Assembly: GCA_038887515.1 (NCBI GenBank) | Contig: JAWAKK010000002.1 | Coordinates: 128,001-192,000 of the forward strand | Reading direction: 5' to 3' | Length of the DNA: 64,000 bases | Source of the DNA: Candidatus Nezhaarchaeales archaeon | Lineage (GTDB): Archaea; Thermoproteota; Methanomethylicia; Nezhaarchaeales; WYZ-LMO8 | Shown: piece by piece, positions 40,000 to 50,867 of the stretch | Layout of the letters: the number at the start of each line of letters is the position of its first letter | Numbering within the stretch: the first letter of the stretch is position 1 | The notes under the pieces: generated by a model | Databases searched by the model: none | Seen by the model: the letters and a program-made list of their open reading frames with translations, nothing else | Told to the model about the DNA's origin: nothing | Translations under genes and position numbers: made by a program

Positions 40000-40881
40000 T
40001 TAAAGATTCAGCGCGTAGGCATTCTATCAAGGATTGATCTAAAGAGTGCTCTAAGGCTAGTAGAGGATGTAACCCTTTACTTAAGTGAAAAAGGAATTGA
40101 AGTGCTCGTAGACCAAGAAGTAACTAATTACTGTAAAAAGTCTGAAGTAAAAAGTCGTGCTTCAGCAGTTGAGATGTTAAAAGGCGCTGACATGATTATA
40201 ACGATTGGGGGCGATGGAACGATCCTCCGAACGATAAGGAGGCTCGGCCCTCCTCTTAGAATCTTGAGTGTAAACATGGGTTATATGGGCTTCTTATGCG
40301 AAGTAGAACCTGATGAGTTTAAGAAAGTTTTGGACGAAGTTCTCGAAGAGAAATATAAGATACAGAGAGTAAACTTGTTGTCGGCGAAGATCGGAGGTAT
40401 CGAGAAAAGCCTTGCGTTGAATGAAGTATTGACCTTCACCTCTGAGCCAGCCAAAGTCCTGGACATCACCGTAAAGGCTGACGATGTTAAGATATTTAGT
40501 GGTAGGGCTGATGGAGTTCTAGTGGCATCGAATATTGGTTCTACCGCTTATGTGGTCTCGCTCGGCGGTCCCTTAGTTGATCCATATGTCCAATGCTTAA
40601 TAGTCGTCGTGCTAAATCCCCTAAGGCTGGGGGTTAGACCAATAATATTGCCAGCAAATAGCAAGGTCGAGATATTGCTCTCTAGACAAGGCTCAAGAAA
40701 GGCGTTCGTTTATGCCGACGGAGTTCTTGTAGACCGGATCGATCGAAGCAAGACCGTAGAGGTATCAATGTCAACGTTATATGTAGATTTTATCAGGGTA
40801 AAGGACGTTAAAAGCTCTTTCTATAAAAAGTTTTACGAGGTACGTATTCGTGGAGGAAAGGAGGATTACAGAGAAGCATAG
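40000..40881 (+). CDS. nadK: NAD kinase (start codon uncertain)
   Basis: GGDGT, NE, ADG...GSTAY..SLGGP; homologous frame extends upstream to 40000 (LKIQRVGILSR). Confidence 0.9.
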   Translation, partial: LKIQRVGILSRIDLKSALRLVEDVTLYLSEKGIEVLVDQEVTNYCKKSEVKSRASAVEMLKGADMIITIGGDGTILRTIRRLGPPLRILSVNMGYMGFLCEVEPDEFKKVLDEVLEEKYKIQRVNLLSAKIGGIEKSLALNEVLTFTSEPAKVLDITVKADDVKIFSGRADGVLVASNIGSTAYVVSLGGPLVDPYVQCLIVVVLNPLRLGVRPIILPANSKVEILLSRQGSRKAFVYADGVLVDRIDRSKTVEVSMSTLYVDFIRVKDVKSSFYKKFYEVRIRGGKEDYREA

Positions 40882-41392
40882 TAGGGCTTGCATAGTTTTA
40901 GATACGAGTGCCCTCCTTACGAATAACCTTGTAGGCATCTTACAAGGTTATCATTGTTTCACGGTACCTGATGTCTTAGAAGAAGTAAAGTCTCTGAGAC
41001 ATATGATCTCTGTAGAGGTACTTCTTGACCTTAAGGCATTAAGGGTCGTCGAACCTGATAACTACTACATCGAAAAGATACTTGAAGCTGCAATGGAGAG
41101 CGGGGATATTACATCTCTCTCACGTACGGACGTGAAGGTGCTGGCTTTAGCTCTTCAACTTCAAGCGCAAGGGTTAAATCCAATACTCATGACCGACGAC
41201 TATTCGGTACAGAACTTAGCCTCGCGTTTCAAGGTAGGATACCGTAGCGTTAAAGTAAGCACCATAAAAAAGAGGATAAAGTGGCGTTATCGGTGTACTG
41301 CATGCAGTGCAATTTATGATAAATACGCAAAGACCTGCGCTATTTGTGGACACAAATTAAAAAGAGAGATTGCAAGATATGAAGATCTATGA
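40850..41392 (+). CDS. nob1: Nob1 PIN-domain endonuclease with Zn ribbon
   Basis: [28 protein letters not shown]...CAICG. Confidence 0.92.
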   Translation: MEERRITEKHSRACIVLDTSALLTNNLVGILQGYHCFTVPDVLEEVKSLRHMISVEVLLDLKALRVVEPDNYYIEKILEAAMESGDITSLSRTDVKVLALALQLQAQGLNPILMTDDYSVQNLASRFKVGYRSVKVSTIKKRIKWRYRCTACSAIYDKYAKTCAICGHKLKREIARYEDL

Positions 41393-42558
41393 TACCTCAA
41401 TACCGACCATCAAAAACTGCCATAAATATTATTCGCTTGATATATGGAGAAGACGTGGACCGAGTTATAAGGGCCTTGTCATCTCCAGGTTCGTGGTACA
41501 CGGTCCGTGTAAATACATTGAAGAGTTCAGTGTATAAGGTTGAAAAGTACTTCGAAGCCTTAGGTTTCGAAGTGAAGGTGTTTGCTGAACTCGATGCTGT
41601 GCTAATTAAAGTGTTGGGTCCCTTCGAGATACCTGAGTTGGGGAAGAAGATAATAGTTGATAAATTGACGGCTGAGTCGGTTATGGTTGGTGCCGATGTC
41701 TATGTGCCGGGAGTGAAGAAGACGGATTTCTTCGAAAGGGGGGATCTCGTAACGATAACGGATCCCAAAGGAACCCCGGTTGCAATTGGAAGGACATTAA
41801 TTAGTTCAAGGGACTTGAGAATTTTAAATAGGGGGTTGGTCGCCGAAACATTGAGATCTATATATAAAATACCGCCTATAAGGAGCCTAGATGTATACTT
41901 GAGAGGAGAAATCTACCCTCAATCATTGCCGTCGATTCTAGCTGTCAGAGCTTTAGAACCGAAAGAAGGAGAACTCATAGTCGATTTGACGGCATCTCCA
42001 GGAGGTAAGCTTACATATGCAAGCCAACTTATGAATAACCGAGGATTAATAGTGGGGATTGATAGGTCATTATACAAAATAAAAACCTTAGACGAAAACA
42101 TTCATCGTTTAGGGGTTAAGAACGTTAAGACTTTGTGTCTCGACTCAAGGTATGCCGACTTAGAGTTAAGGGAGTTAAGGGGTAATGTAGATGCAGTCAT
42201 GGTTGACCCTCCATGCTCGGCGATAGGTGTAAGACCTAAACTTTACGATATGCTCACCGAGAAAGCCCTTAAAGACCTAAGTGAATATCAAAAGCAGTTT
42301 ATTAGAGCAGGATTTAACTTACTCAAGAAAGGGGGCAGAATGTTGTATTCGGTATGTACTGTGAGTGCTGACGAGTGCGAGCACAACATTAATTACGCTA
42401 TAGAGGATCTCGGCATGCGACCACTTGAGGTCCCGCGGTTAATTGGCGATAAAGGGGTAGAAAGGTTCTCAAAGTATGCAGATAAAGTTGTTAGGTTTCA
42501 TCCACATATTCATGATACTCCAGGCTTTTTCTATGCAGTCCTCGTAAAAGATTGTTGA
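41389..42558 (+). CDS. RsmB/NOP2-family RNA m5C methyltransferase with PUA domain
   Basis: RVNTLK, ASPGGK, DPPCS, YSVCT, HDTPGFF. Confidence 0.92.
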   Translation: MIPQYRPSKTAINIIRLIYGEDVDRVIRALSSPGSWYTVRVNTLKSSVYKVEKYFEALGFEVKVFAELDAVLIKVLGPFEIPELGKKIIVDKLTAESVMVGADVYVPGVKKTDFFERGDLVTITDPKGTPVAIGRTLISSRDLRILNRGLVAETLRSIYKIPPIRSLDVYLRGEIYPQSLPSILAVRALEPKEGELIVDLTASPGGKLTYASQLMNNRGLIVGIDRSLYKIKTLDENIHRLGVKNVKTLCLDSRYADLELRELRGNVDAVMVDPPCSAIGVRPKLYDMLTEKALKDLSEYQKQFIRAGFNLLKKGGRMLYSVCTVSADECEHNINYAIEDLGMRPLEVPRLIGDKGVERFSKYADKVVRFHPHIHDTPGFFYAVLVKDC

Positions 42559-42562
42559 ATAA

Positions 42563-42826
42563 CTACAATTTTACCTTCCTGAATAGAGTGCTACCACGGA
42601 CTCTGTCTCTTATGAGTAAGACCCTGTGATATGGAATAATCTTCTCGTCGCCGTCTAAATCCCTAAACTTAAAGCAACTTCTAAGAACCTTAGTTATACT
42701 TTCGACTGGTATCACCTTAATATCGTTGGGCGCACCTCTATGTATGATGTGAACCTCAAAGTCCTTAGGATTTAACTCGCCATGCCACCTTATCTTATTT
42801 AGTAGCGCTCTGATGTGTGACGTCAT
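42563..42826 (-). CDS. DUF504/UPF0248 family protein
   Basis: IRALLNKIRW, HRGAP, IPYHRV. Confidence 0.85.
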   Translation of the reverse strand: MTSHIRALLNKIRWHGELNPKDFEVHIIHRGAPNDIKVIPVESITKVLRSCFKFRDLDGDEKIIPYHRVLLIRDRVRGSTLFRKVKL

Positions 42827-42832
42827 GAAGCT

Positions 42833-43411
42833 TCACTTCGATCCCCCATTCCTCCTAGTAATTAGGTTCAGGGTTTGCTGTCTGCCTAAAATTACTATGT
42901 TGTCAACAGGATCCAATTCTCTTAAAATATAACTTTGTAGCTTAGCTTCGAGCATCCTTACTTCCTTTGACCGCTTAGGATAGCTGAGAACCAATACACC
43001 ATTATTTGATAATACCCGTAAGAGTGACCTGAAAGCCCTTAAAGGATTACAGTTCTGTATGACCGTGAGGCTTACGACTAAATCGAAGGCTTTGGGACGG
43101 AAGGGTAGATATTCGACGTCGCATATCACGAAGTCTACTTCCACTGTTTCGTTTAATTTTTCTTTAGCTTTTTGAATCATACCTTTCGAAAAGTCTACAC
43201 CGACCACAAGAGCTCCCTTGCTCCGAAGCTTCTCAGTGACTAGCCCGGTTCCACAGCCGGCATCAAGAACTACCTTGAATTTTGATTCTTTAAGTATTCC
43301 GAGGTTGAACACGGACGTAAACTTCTTAATCTGTTCATAGCCGTAAAGCTCATCATAAAATTTCGAGGTGATATCATATAAGTAGCGGAGTCTAGCCTTC
43401 TCAGGTCTCAC
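42833..43411 (-). CDS. Class I SAM-dependent methyltransferase
   Basis: YDELYGYEQ, VLDAGCGTG, GVDFSKGM, LPFR..FD. Confidence 0.85.
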   Translation of the reverse strand: MRPEKARLRYLYDITSKFYDELYGYEQIKKFTSVFNLGILKESKFKVVLDAGCGTGLVTEKLRSKGALVVGVDFSKGMIQKAKEKLNETVEVDFVICDVEYLPFRPKAFDLVVSLTVIQNCNPLRAFRSLLRVLSNNGVLVLSYPKRSKEVRMLEAKLQSYILRELDPVDNIVILGRQQTLNLITRRNGGSK

Positions 43412-43621
43412 GAGTTATTTTTCTATCGAACTTAAATATCATTTTTGCTCAAATACGTTATGCAATATAAATAATAACGAAGAGGGCCAGCCCAAATCAG
43501 CGCGAATCTAGGAGTCTATATCAAAGGTTTCTCTCGAAACATTTATTTTCTTGAAGGTTGTCTCCACTCATTCAAAGGGGGTCCTTCGAAGGTTAACCAA
43601 GACTTAAAAGGAGTGATAGAG

Positions 43622-44167
43622 ATGTCAGAAAAATTTGGAAACCCTGCAGCTCTAGGCCTGGCAGCATTCGCACTAACAACATTCCTACTCAGTCTTACTA
43701 ATGCTAAACTTGCACCGCCACATCTCTTATATCTCATTGTTCCCACCGCGCTTATCTATGGAGGAGCAGCGCAGTTAATAGCTGGCATAATCGATCTCGT
43801 TAAAACCGGATCAACGTTTGGTGGAACTGCCTTCTGCTCTTACGGAGCTTTCTGGATAAGCTTGGGGATCGCAGAGCTATTGAAAGCCCGAGGAGTTTGG
43901 TACTACTATGAACATGAAATGGGTCTCTTTCTAATTGCATGGACGATATTTACGTTTTATATGTGGATTGGAACCAGAAAGCTTGGTCGAGAACTTAAAT
44001 CACTATTTACGCTACTGTTACTTACATTCATAGCCCTCGACGTAGGACATGTGCTACATCCATACGTGGAGGTAGCAAATACCATTGGTGGCTACATTGG
44101 AATACTGACGGCCTTCAATGCATGGTATATCTCTGCAACCATTGTGTTAAAAGGGGGCCATCACTAA
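43622..44167 (+). CDS. Acetate uptake transporter (SatP/GPR1/FUN34/YaaH family)
   Basis: NPAALGL signature, YGG.AQ, SYGAFW; six TMs. Confidence 0.92.
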   Translation: MSEKFGNPAALGLAAFALTTFLLSLTNAKLAPPHLLYLIVPTALIYGGAAQLIAGIIDLVKTGSTFGGTAFCSYGAFWISLGIAELLKARGVWYYYEHEMGLFLIAWTIFTFYMWIGTRKLGRELKSLFTLLLLTFIALDVGHVLHPYVEVANTIGGYIGILTAFNAWYISATIVLKGGHH

Positions 44168-44290
44168 GGGAGGGGCCATAGCTCAGTAATGAAGATGGTA
44201 AGATACTACGATCAATTATCTCATTTTATTATTTTATTATGACAGGAGCCAAAGCGATCTCTCTGGTTAAATGAAAATATAACAAAACGA

Positions 44291-44368
44291 TGGTAGCGGG
44301 GGGTGGATTTGAACCACCGATCTCGGGGTTATGAGCCCCGCGGGATAACCTGGCTTCCCCACCCCGCT
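44291..44368 (-). tRNA. Initiator tRNA-Met(CAT)
   Basis: AGCGGGG...CCCCGCT-A-CCA with A1:U72, G-C-rich anticodon stem, loop CTCATAA, encoded CCA. Confidence 0.96.
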
Positions 44369-44506
44369 CTAAAATTTGCGTAACATTAAGTATAGAAGGG
44401 TTTACAAAAACTTTTCCTTCAAAAGATAGAGACTTTCGGATATGATGCTTAACTGTGGGTAAGTTAGGAGCATATTTCATTTTTAGCTTTAAATCGAACG
44501 AGACAG

Positions 44507-44694
44507 ACCCCTCTCTTTCCAGTGGAACTCGCTCTCTTCATTGTAAGGTTAAAGAAGAAATGAAGATAGCTTCTCAAAAATGAGTAAAAGAAAGAGTAAA
44601 ATTTTTTCTAGAGAAGAAAAAACATTTGTACAATTTTTAAGCATTATAGTTTTTACAAAGTGCTAGCACCTTTCTCCAGTGGAAATCCAGGGGT
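44507..44694. other. Putative replication origin: two inverted ORB elements flanking an AT-rich tract
   Basis: 44507-44528(-) GTTCCACTGGAAAGAGAGGGGT and 44673-44694(+) TCTCCAGTGGAAATCCAGGGGT match the archaeal ORB pattern TCCAnTnGAAAnnnnGGGGT; inside a ~700-bp non-coding region. Confidence 0.75.
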
Positions 44695-45069
44695 GTAGGT
44701 GGTAAGTTTCCTTCCCCTTTAATAATATACTTTTTCTACCTGTTTCTTGAACAGAAAGTGACTCGCGAAGAACTCTTTCAGGTCTTCTTTCTTTTAACAT
44801 TTTATGAAAATTATCTTTTTATTATTTAATTATTTGTAGTAAAGAGTGAATTTCTAGTTTTCGGTGGATTCTATTCTAGTTCTCTTTGAAAAATTAGTCT
44901 ACTACTCCCCTAACATTATGTGAAATCCATTTAGAATAGAATTTCGATCCCCTATTATCCCGATATAGGGGGTTACCTTTGTTCATGTAAAAGTTTTACG
45001 ATAGTAAGTTTAAAAAACTGTGAATTGTGAAAGTAAATTGTGAGCTGTAGACTGTAGAAAGTGGTATCT

Positions 45070-45474
45070 ATGGCTTTCAACGACTTCAGATTTACAGTGT
45101 CTTTTCCTGACGGCTCTAAGATGATCATAATATTTCAAGGTAAAGACATTCCATGGAAACGCATTCAGATGGTTAAGGACCTCATTGACATAGTGTCATC
45201 AGCTGAAACGCCAAACACTCAAAATGAACCACAAGAACAAACACTTATGGAGAGGTTTAAACAAGTCATAGAAGGAAACTTCGGTGATGGCTCTTGGTTT
45301 ACAAGCAAAGACATCTTAGACGCATATCGAAGAACTTTCAACGAAGACTTGAAGCCGTCCACGGTCTCTACATATTTATTAAGGTTATATAATGGAGGCT
45401 TCTTGGAGAGGCGTGGCGAAAGAAAGAGCAGAATGTATCGTCTTGTAAAGAAGGTTGAAGTTACAAGAATTTAA
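45070..45474 (+). CDS. Small winged-helix DNA-binding protein
   Basis: C-terminal WFTSKDILDAY...LKPSTVSTYLLRLYNGGFLERRG...YRL wHTH pattern; N-terminal beta-rich domain with a Q/E/P linker. Confidence 0.7.
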   Translation: MAFNDFRFTVSFPDGSKMIIIFQGKDIPWKRIQMVKDLIDIVSSAETPNTQNEPQEQTLMERFKQVIEGNFGDGSWFTSKDILDAYRRTFNEDLKPSTVSTYLLRLYNGGFLERRGERKSRMYRLVKKVEVTRI

Positions 45475-45512
45475 ATTAAGCGCTAGGATTTAATAGGTGC
45501 CCGCCTTCATCG

Positions 45513-47849
45513 TTGAAGGTTATGAGTGGTCTAGTGAAAGCAGTAATACATGTAATAGGGCTAGTGCAAGGAGTGGGGTTTAGGCCATTCGTATATCGCT
45601 TGGCTAGGTCGTTGAATCTTAAAGGATATGTAGCAAATCTTGGCGATGCTAGTGTAGAAATAGTAGCCGAAGGTTGCAAAGACTCTATCGATGTTTTCAT
45701 TGAGAAGCTTAAGTCAGAGAAACCTGCTCCTGCACGCATTGACCATATCTCAGTAGAATGGTTTAAGTATACCGGAGATTTTAAAGACTTTCAAATTTTA
45801 TCAAGCATATTTAAAGTTAAGCTAAGCGGCTCTTCCGTTCCACCTGACATAGCAATATGTCATGATTGCATAAACGATATCATGAGCAACGATCCTCGTT
45901 GGTCGAACTATCCATTTACATGCTGTGCAATTTGTGGGCCTAGGTTCTCCATAATATTTGATTTGCCTTATGACCGTGAGCGCACGTCAATGGCCAAGTT
46001 CCCCATGTGTAGTTATTGTCGACGAGACTACGAGGATCCTATGAGTAGGAGGTACCATGCCGAGGGCATTTGTTGCAAGTTTTGTGGCCCTAAAAACGAG
46101 CTGTTAGATCGAGCTGGATCAAAGATCTCCTGCGAGGATCCTATCAGAGAAGCGGCGAAGCTAGTCAAAGAGGGTTTTATAGTTGCAGTGAAGGGCGTGG
46201 GAGGCTTTCATATAGCTTGTCTCGCTACAGATGATGACGTTGTTTTAGAGTTAAGAAAGAGGAGAAGGAGACCTCAACAGCCTTTTGCGGTCATGTCTAT
46301 GTCTGTTGACGATGTCGAGAGCTTTGCCTATGTCAATCAAATCGAGAAGGAACTTCTTACGTCTAGAGAACGACCAATAGTAATCTTGAAGGCTAAACGT
46401 GATGGGCCTATATCTCCTTGGGTATATCCAGGTCTTGATAGCATAGGGGTCATGCTTCCTTACACAGGTATACACTTATTGTTGTTAATGCAAGTGGGGG
46501 AACCAGCAATTGTAATGACTAGTGGAAACTACCCTGGAGAGCCTATGGTTACCACGACTGAAGAAGCTTTAAAGAAATTATCAGGAATTGTTGATTATTA
46601 CTTAACTCATGATAGAGATATAGTGAATAGATGTGACGACTCTGTCATACGTGTGTCTAATGGAGTGCCAACCTTCTTACGCCGATCTAGAGGCTACGCT
46701 CCATTGCCTATAGAGTTTCCAGGGATACGCAACAACGACTGTATTGTTGCGTTTGGAGGGGACTTCAACGTAACAGTTTCTATACTTAGAGGAAACAAAT
46801 GTTACATCAGTCAACACATAGGGGACCTAGAAAACTTGGATACAGTAAAGTTCCTAGAGCAAGCCTATGGTTTTCTAAGGAAATCTCTGAGGATAGAGAG
46901 GATTGACGCTGTTGCTTGCGACCTAAACCGCCTCTTCCCCTCAACTAGATACGCTGAAGAGCTTAGCCGCGCATTGAACATTCCTTTAATAAGGGTTCAA
47001 CACCACCACGCGCACGCAGCATCGCTCGCCGCGGAGAGCGGTCTTGGACCCGATGAGGAGGCAATCTACATAACGATTGACGGAGTAGGATTAGGCGATG
47101 ATGGAACTGCTTGGGGCGGAGAGGTCCTATTGGCCTCAAGCCGACGATACGAGAGGGTTGGTCATATAAAGCCATACCCCCTACCTGGAGGCGATCTCTG
47201 CGCGTATTATCCAATTAGAGCTCTCGCTGGGTTGCTGAGCCAAGCTATGGATTTGAGTGAACTGGAAAGCTTGTTGACTGAGAGGTATTCAAAGGCATTT
47301 AAGTATGGAGAGCGTGAAGTGACTGTCGTGATGAAGCAGTTACGTTCAGGGTTAAACGTTGTTATGTCTTCAAGTACAGGTCGTTTCCTAGACGCCATTT
47401 CAGCTATGCTTGGTATCTGTACATATAGATCTTATGAAGGTGAGCCAGCTATGAAGCTTGAGGCCCTTGCCTGTACAAGCAACGACATTATTGGTATCGA
47501 CATCCCTATAATAGATGAAGGAAAGAGAAGCATGATTGACGTCGCTAAAATATCCTTGGAACTCATGAATTATACAAAGAACATGTCTCCTAACATAATT
47601 GCTCGCACCGCTCACGTTGCTTTAGCTAAGGGGCTTGCAGGCATAGCCTGCTCAAAGGCCCTCGAAGAGGGCGTGAAGATCGTAGGGCTCTCGGGAGGGG
47701 CTGCGGTGAACGAAATAATACTTGAGGTCGTCGAAGACGAAGTTTTAAGGTATGGGCTTAAATTTATGAGGCATAAAGCTTTACCTCCTGGAGACGGGGG
47801 TCTCTCGGCTGGGCAAGTAGTTGTCGGTTACTCCTACCTCAATGCTTAA
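45513..47849 (+). CDS. hypF: Hydrogenase maturation carbamoyltransferase HypF
   Basis: [11 protein letters not shown], Zn fingers, [22 protein letters not shown]. Confidence 0.97.
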   Translation: MKVMSGLVKAVIHVIGLVQGVGFRPFVYRLARSLNLKGYVANLGDASVEIVAEGCKDSIDVFIEKLKSEKPAPARIDHISVEWFKYTGDFKDFQILSSIFKVKLSGSSVPPDIAICHDCINDIMSNDPRWSNYPFTCCAICGPRFSIIFDLPYDRERTSMAKFPMCSYCRRDYEDPMSRRYHAEGICCKFCGPKNELLDRAGSKISCEDPIREAAKLVKEGFIVAVKGVGGFHIACLATDDDVVLELRKRRRRPQQPFAVMSMSVDDVESFAYVNQIEKELLTSRERPIVILKAKRDGPISPWVYPGLDSIGVMLPYTGIHLLLLMQVGEPAIVMTSGNYPGEPMVTTTEEALKKLSGIVDYYLTHDRDIVNRCDDSVIRVSNGVPTFLRRSRGYAPLPIEFPGIRNNDCIVAFGGDFNVTVSILRGNKCYISQHIGDLENLDTVKFLEQAYGFLRKSLRIERIDAVACDLNRLFPSTRYAEELSRALNIPLIRVQHHHAHAASLAAESGLGPDEEAIYITIDGVGLGDDGTAWGGEVLLASSRRYERVGHIKPYPLPGGDLCAYYPIRALAGLLSQAMDLSELESLLTERYSKAFKYGEREVTVVMKQLRSGLNVVMSSSTGRFLDAISAMLGICTYRSYEGEPAMKLEALACTSNDIIGIDIPIIDEGKRSMIDVAKISLELMNYTKNMSPNIIARTAHVALAKGLAGIACSKALEEGVKIVGLSGGAAVNEIILEVVEDEVLRYGLKFMRHKALPPGDGGLSAGQVVVGYSYLNA

Positions 47850-47877
47850 ATCGGAGAGGAATCAGAACAAAATCTGT

Positions 47878-48369
47878 ATGAGCGGAGTTCAAGTTAAAGC
47901 GATTCCAATTGATATACCAAGTGGGTCGAACGTAATAATCGGCCAAGCACACTTTATAAAGACGGTCGAAGACCTTTACGAAGCATTAGCAACCTCCTCT
48001 CCACACATAAGGTTTGGCCTAGCATTTAATGAGGCGTCAGGACCTAGACTTGTAAGGAAGGAAGGTAATGACCCGGAACTTATCGAAGCCGCCGTTAAGG
48101 CATCGTTGAGTATAGGCGCAGGTCACATCTTCGTGGTATTCATAAGGAACGCGTACCCGATAAACGTTTTAAATGCTATAAAGATGATTCCAGAGGTTTG
48201 TAGGATATTTTGTGCTACAGCGAATCCACTACAAGTAATTGTGGCAGAAACGGATCAAGGCAGGGGAGTAATAGGAGTTGTGGATGGTTACACTGTTGTA
48301 GACGTGGAAGATAGAGAAAAAGAGGAGGAAAGAAAGGGATTCCTGAGAAAAATTGGCTATAAAAGGTGA
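47878..48369 (+). CDS. Adenosine-specific kinase family (DUF355)
   Basis: [34 protein letters not shown]. Confidence 0.9.
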   Translation: MSGVQVKAIPIDIPSGSNVIIGQAHFIKTVEDLYEALATSSPHIRFGLAFNEASGPRLVRKEGNDPELIEAAVKASLSIGAGHIFVVFIRNAYPINVLNAIKMIPEVCRIFCATANPLQVIVAETDQGRGVIGVVDGYTVVDVEDREKEEERKGFLRKIGYKR

Positions 48370-48375
48370 TATCAA

Positions 48376-48939
48376 CTGCATGACATTACGCCAAGCCACA
48401 TAAACACGTTTAAATCTTACTGCTTTGCGTGTGGTGGAGAGTCCCTAGTAAGCGAACTATGCTACGAGTTTCCAGGGTTCGGAAGCGTCTACCTTTTGTC
48501 AATGATATGTCATAACTGCGGGTTCAGGCATAGCGATATTATGGAGATAACCCCTCATCAAGAACCGTTAAGGTTAATCGTTAAGGTTGAGGATCCCACA
48601 GATGTAAACCATATAGTTGTACGTTCAAGTTTTGCCACTGTGAAGATCCCCGAACTAGGGGTAACAATAACTCCTGGCCCATATGCCCAGGGGATTATAA
48701 CGACAATAGAGGGTTTTCTTCATAGAACCAAAGAAATTGTAGAGTTTCTGACGTCAGACGAAACGGACAACGATCGGTTATGCAAATGTCTAGAGACGCT
48801 CGATAAGTTGACAGCTGCAATAGAGGGTAGGCTTAAGTTTACTTTTATAATCGAGGACCCTAGCGGGCTAAGTACCGTAATGCCTAAGTGTGGGCAGGCT
48901 TCAAAGATATTGAAAGAGCCTTTAAATGTAGAGGGCTAA
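48376..48939 (+). CDS. ZPR1 zinc-finger protein; CTG start
   Basis: CFAC...CHNCGF, IPELG, TTIEGFL, IEDPSGLS; the first CxxC lies upstream of the ORF-track start; AGGTGA 6 nt before CTG. Confidence 0.88.
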   Translation: MHDITPSHINTFKSYCFACGGESLVSELCYEFPGFGSVYLLSMICHNCGFRHSDIMEITPHQEPLRLIVKVEDPTDVNHIVVRSSFATVKIPELGVTITPGPYAQGIITTIEGFLHRTKEIVEFLTSDETDNDRLCKCLETLDKLTAAIEGRLKFTFIIEDPSGLSTVMPKCGQASKILKEPLNVEG

Positions 48940-48943
48940 AGAT

Positions 48944-49150
48944 ATGTCCAAAAGAGTCAAGGTTAAGTCCAGCGGCAAGAGTCATAAAGGTAGGGGTAGA
49001 TCCGAGCTTACTCCCATAGCCGGAGCAGGTCTGATAAGGTTTTTCAGAGAAGAGACAGGGGGTCTGTCGATACCGCCTTACCTAATAGTGATCTTATCAA
49101 TTATCCTAATAGCACTTGTGTTATCCCTTCCAGCTTTACTGCCCCTATAA
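48944..49150 (+). CDS. Preprotein translocase Sec61-beta
   Basis: AGLIRFFREE plus a single C-terminal TM. Confidence 0.85.
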   Translation: MSKRVKVKSSGKSHKGRGRSELTPIAGAGLIRFFREETGGLSIPPYLIVILSIILIALVLSLPALLPL

Positions 49151-49169
49151 TGATAGGCGTGGCTTCCCT

Positions 49170-49460
49170 ATGCATATAAGAGAATTTCAAGCACTCGTAA
49201 AGGATATGTATTGGCATAAAGACTCGCAACGTCCTATCGAAGCTAACTTTGTCTATCTAGTAGAGGAAATAGGTGAACTAGGTAGTGCAATAGTCAAGGG
49301 CGATAGGAAGCTTATAGAGGAAGAATTGGCTGACGCTCTTGCATGGCTTGTGTCTGTTGCTAATGCCCTCTCAATAGACATAGAGGAAGCAGCGTTGAGA
49401 CGTTATGGAAAGAATTGTCCTAAATGTGGAGGAAGCCCTTGCCGATGTTTAACGAAGTAG
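49170..49460 (+). CDS. MazG-like nucleotide pyrophosphohydrolase
   Basis: EEIGEL, EEELADALAWL.S.AN, C-terminal CPKC..PC.C. Confidence 0.88.
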   Translation: MHIREFQALVKDMYWHKDSQRPIEANFVYLVEEIGELGSAIVKGDRKLIEEELADALAWLVSVANALSIDIEEAALRRYGKNCPKCGGSPCRCLTK

Positions 49461-49464
49461 AGCC

Positions 49465-49692
49465 TTAAATCTTCCTGAACTTAGACTTAAGCTCCGAAAT
49501 CAGTATCTTCAAGTCGGTTTTTAATAGAATGTTGTCCTCTTTTTCTGCTTTTTCCTCGAGTTTACCCATGAATTCATGGATGTCTGAGCTCTCCTTTAGG
49601 GCCCTAGCTATTACTTCTTCAACTTCCCTCCAACATGTCAAGTATGGCTTACAATCCATAATTGCTTCCTTTATCGCTTCTTCGTCCTTCAT
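49465..49692 (-). CDS. Hypothetical protein
   Basis: Clean 75-aa ORF with GAGGAG SD; no family recognised. Confidence 0.55.
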   Translation of the reverse strand: MKDEEAIKEAIMDCKPYLTCWREVEEVIARALKESSDIHEFMGKLEEKAEKEDNILLKTDLKILISELKSKFRKI

Positions 49693-49802
49693 TTCTCCTC
49701 TTCTCGTGCTAACGTCTGATATAGTATCACTAAGACTAATACAATTAGTGGAAGCACGTAAATTAAGTATGAAGAGAAAAGATCAAAATAGTTCATAGCC
49801 CA

Positions 49803-50867
49803 TCACACAAACCCCTTTTTAACCATTAATTCACCTATAAGAATTGAGTTGCCTGCTGCTCCCCTAATAACATTGTTGCCTAAAACTACATACTTCAGCC
49901 AGCCATCCTTCCCGCTCCTTAAACGTCCGATCACCACACTCATTCCCTTCCCCTCTTCTCGGTCAAGTCTCGGCTGCGGTCTATCATTTTCTTCTCTGAC
50001 AAGTACTGGCGTTTCTGGAGCTAATGGCAATCCGAGCTCTTGCGGCAGTCCCTTAAAACTTCTTAGAGCAGCCTTAATTTCCTCAAGATCTACTGGTCTT
50101 TTCAGTTTAACAAAGACATTCTCAAGATGTCCGTCAAGGACGCAAACTCTGTTGCACGAGGCTGAAATAGTTATGTCCGCGTATTTTATTGAGTCTTCTG
50201 ATAATCTTCCCAATATTTTCAAGCTTTCCGTTTGAATCTTCTCTTCCTCGCCAGCTATGAATGGTATCACGTTATCTATTATAGCCATGGATGTAACGCC
50301 CGAAAAACCGGCGCCCGATACTGCTTGCAGAGTAGTTACATGAACAGTATCTATCCCTGCACAGTCCATTATAGGTTTTAAAGTCAATGTAAGGATAATA
50401 GTGCTACAATTAGGGTTAGTAACAATAAAGCCTTTCCAGCCCCGCTTCCTCCTTTGAGGATAAATTAAATGTAAATGATCAGGATTTATCTCTGGCACTA
50501 CTAACGGGATATCGTCGAACATCCTCATAGCGCTAGCGTTGCTAATAACGTTAAAGCCTTCTTGAGCGAATTTAGGCTCTACTTCTCTCGCTACATTTGC
50601 CGGTAATGCTGAAAACACTAGATCGACGCTTTGACCTGTCTTTTTGAGGGCTTCAGGGCTTGTTTCTAGCACTTCTAAGTCCTTAACTACCTCAGGGTAA
50701 TTCGGACCCAATATCCACTTCGTGGCTTCGCAGTATTTCTTGCCAACGCTTTCGCTTGAAGCTGTTAACGCCACGATCTCGAAGAATGGATGGTCAGCCA
50801 ACAGCTTGACAAACCTCTGCCCGACGAGACCGGTCGCACCGAGCAACGCTACCTTAAGTTTATCCAT
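49803..50867 (-). CDS. asd: Aspartate-semialdehyde dehydrogenase
   Basis: [27 protein letters not shown]. Confidence 0.95.
   Translation of the reverse strand: MDKLKVALLGATGLVGQRFVKLLADHPFFEIVALTASSESVGKKYCEATKWILGPNYPEVVKDLEVLETSPEALKKTGQSVDLVFSALPANVAREVEPKFAQEGFNVISNASAMRMFDDIPLVVPEINPDHLHLIYPQRRKRGWKGFIVTNPNCSTIILTLTLKPIMDCAGIDTVHVTTLQAVSGAGFSGVTSMAIIDNVIPFIAGEEEKIQTESLKILGRLSEDSIKYADITISASCNRVCVLDGHLENVFVKLKRPVDLEEIKAALRSFKGLPQELGLPLAPETPVLVREENDRPQPRLDREEGKGMSVVIGRLRSGKDGWLKYVVLGNNVIRGAAGNSILIGELMVKKGFV

Noticed and set aside
44172-44212. GGGGCCATAGCTCAG tRNA-5'-like fragment, or a degenerate C/D sRNA with ATGAAGA
   Set aside because: Only about 15 nt resemble a tRNA, with no arms or partner half; the D boxes are too degenerate to call
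44229-44480. 83-aa ORF on the minus strand
   Set aside because: Runs through initiator tRNA-Met; spurious
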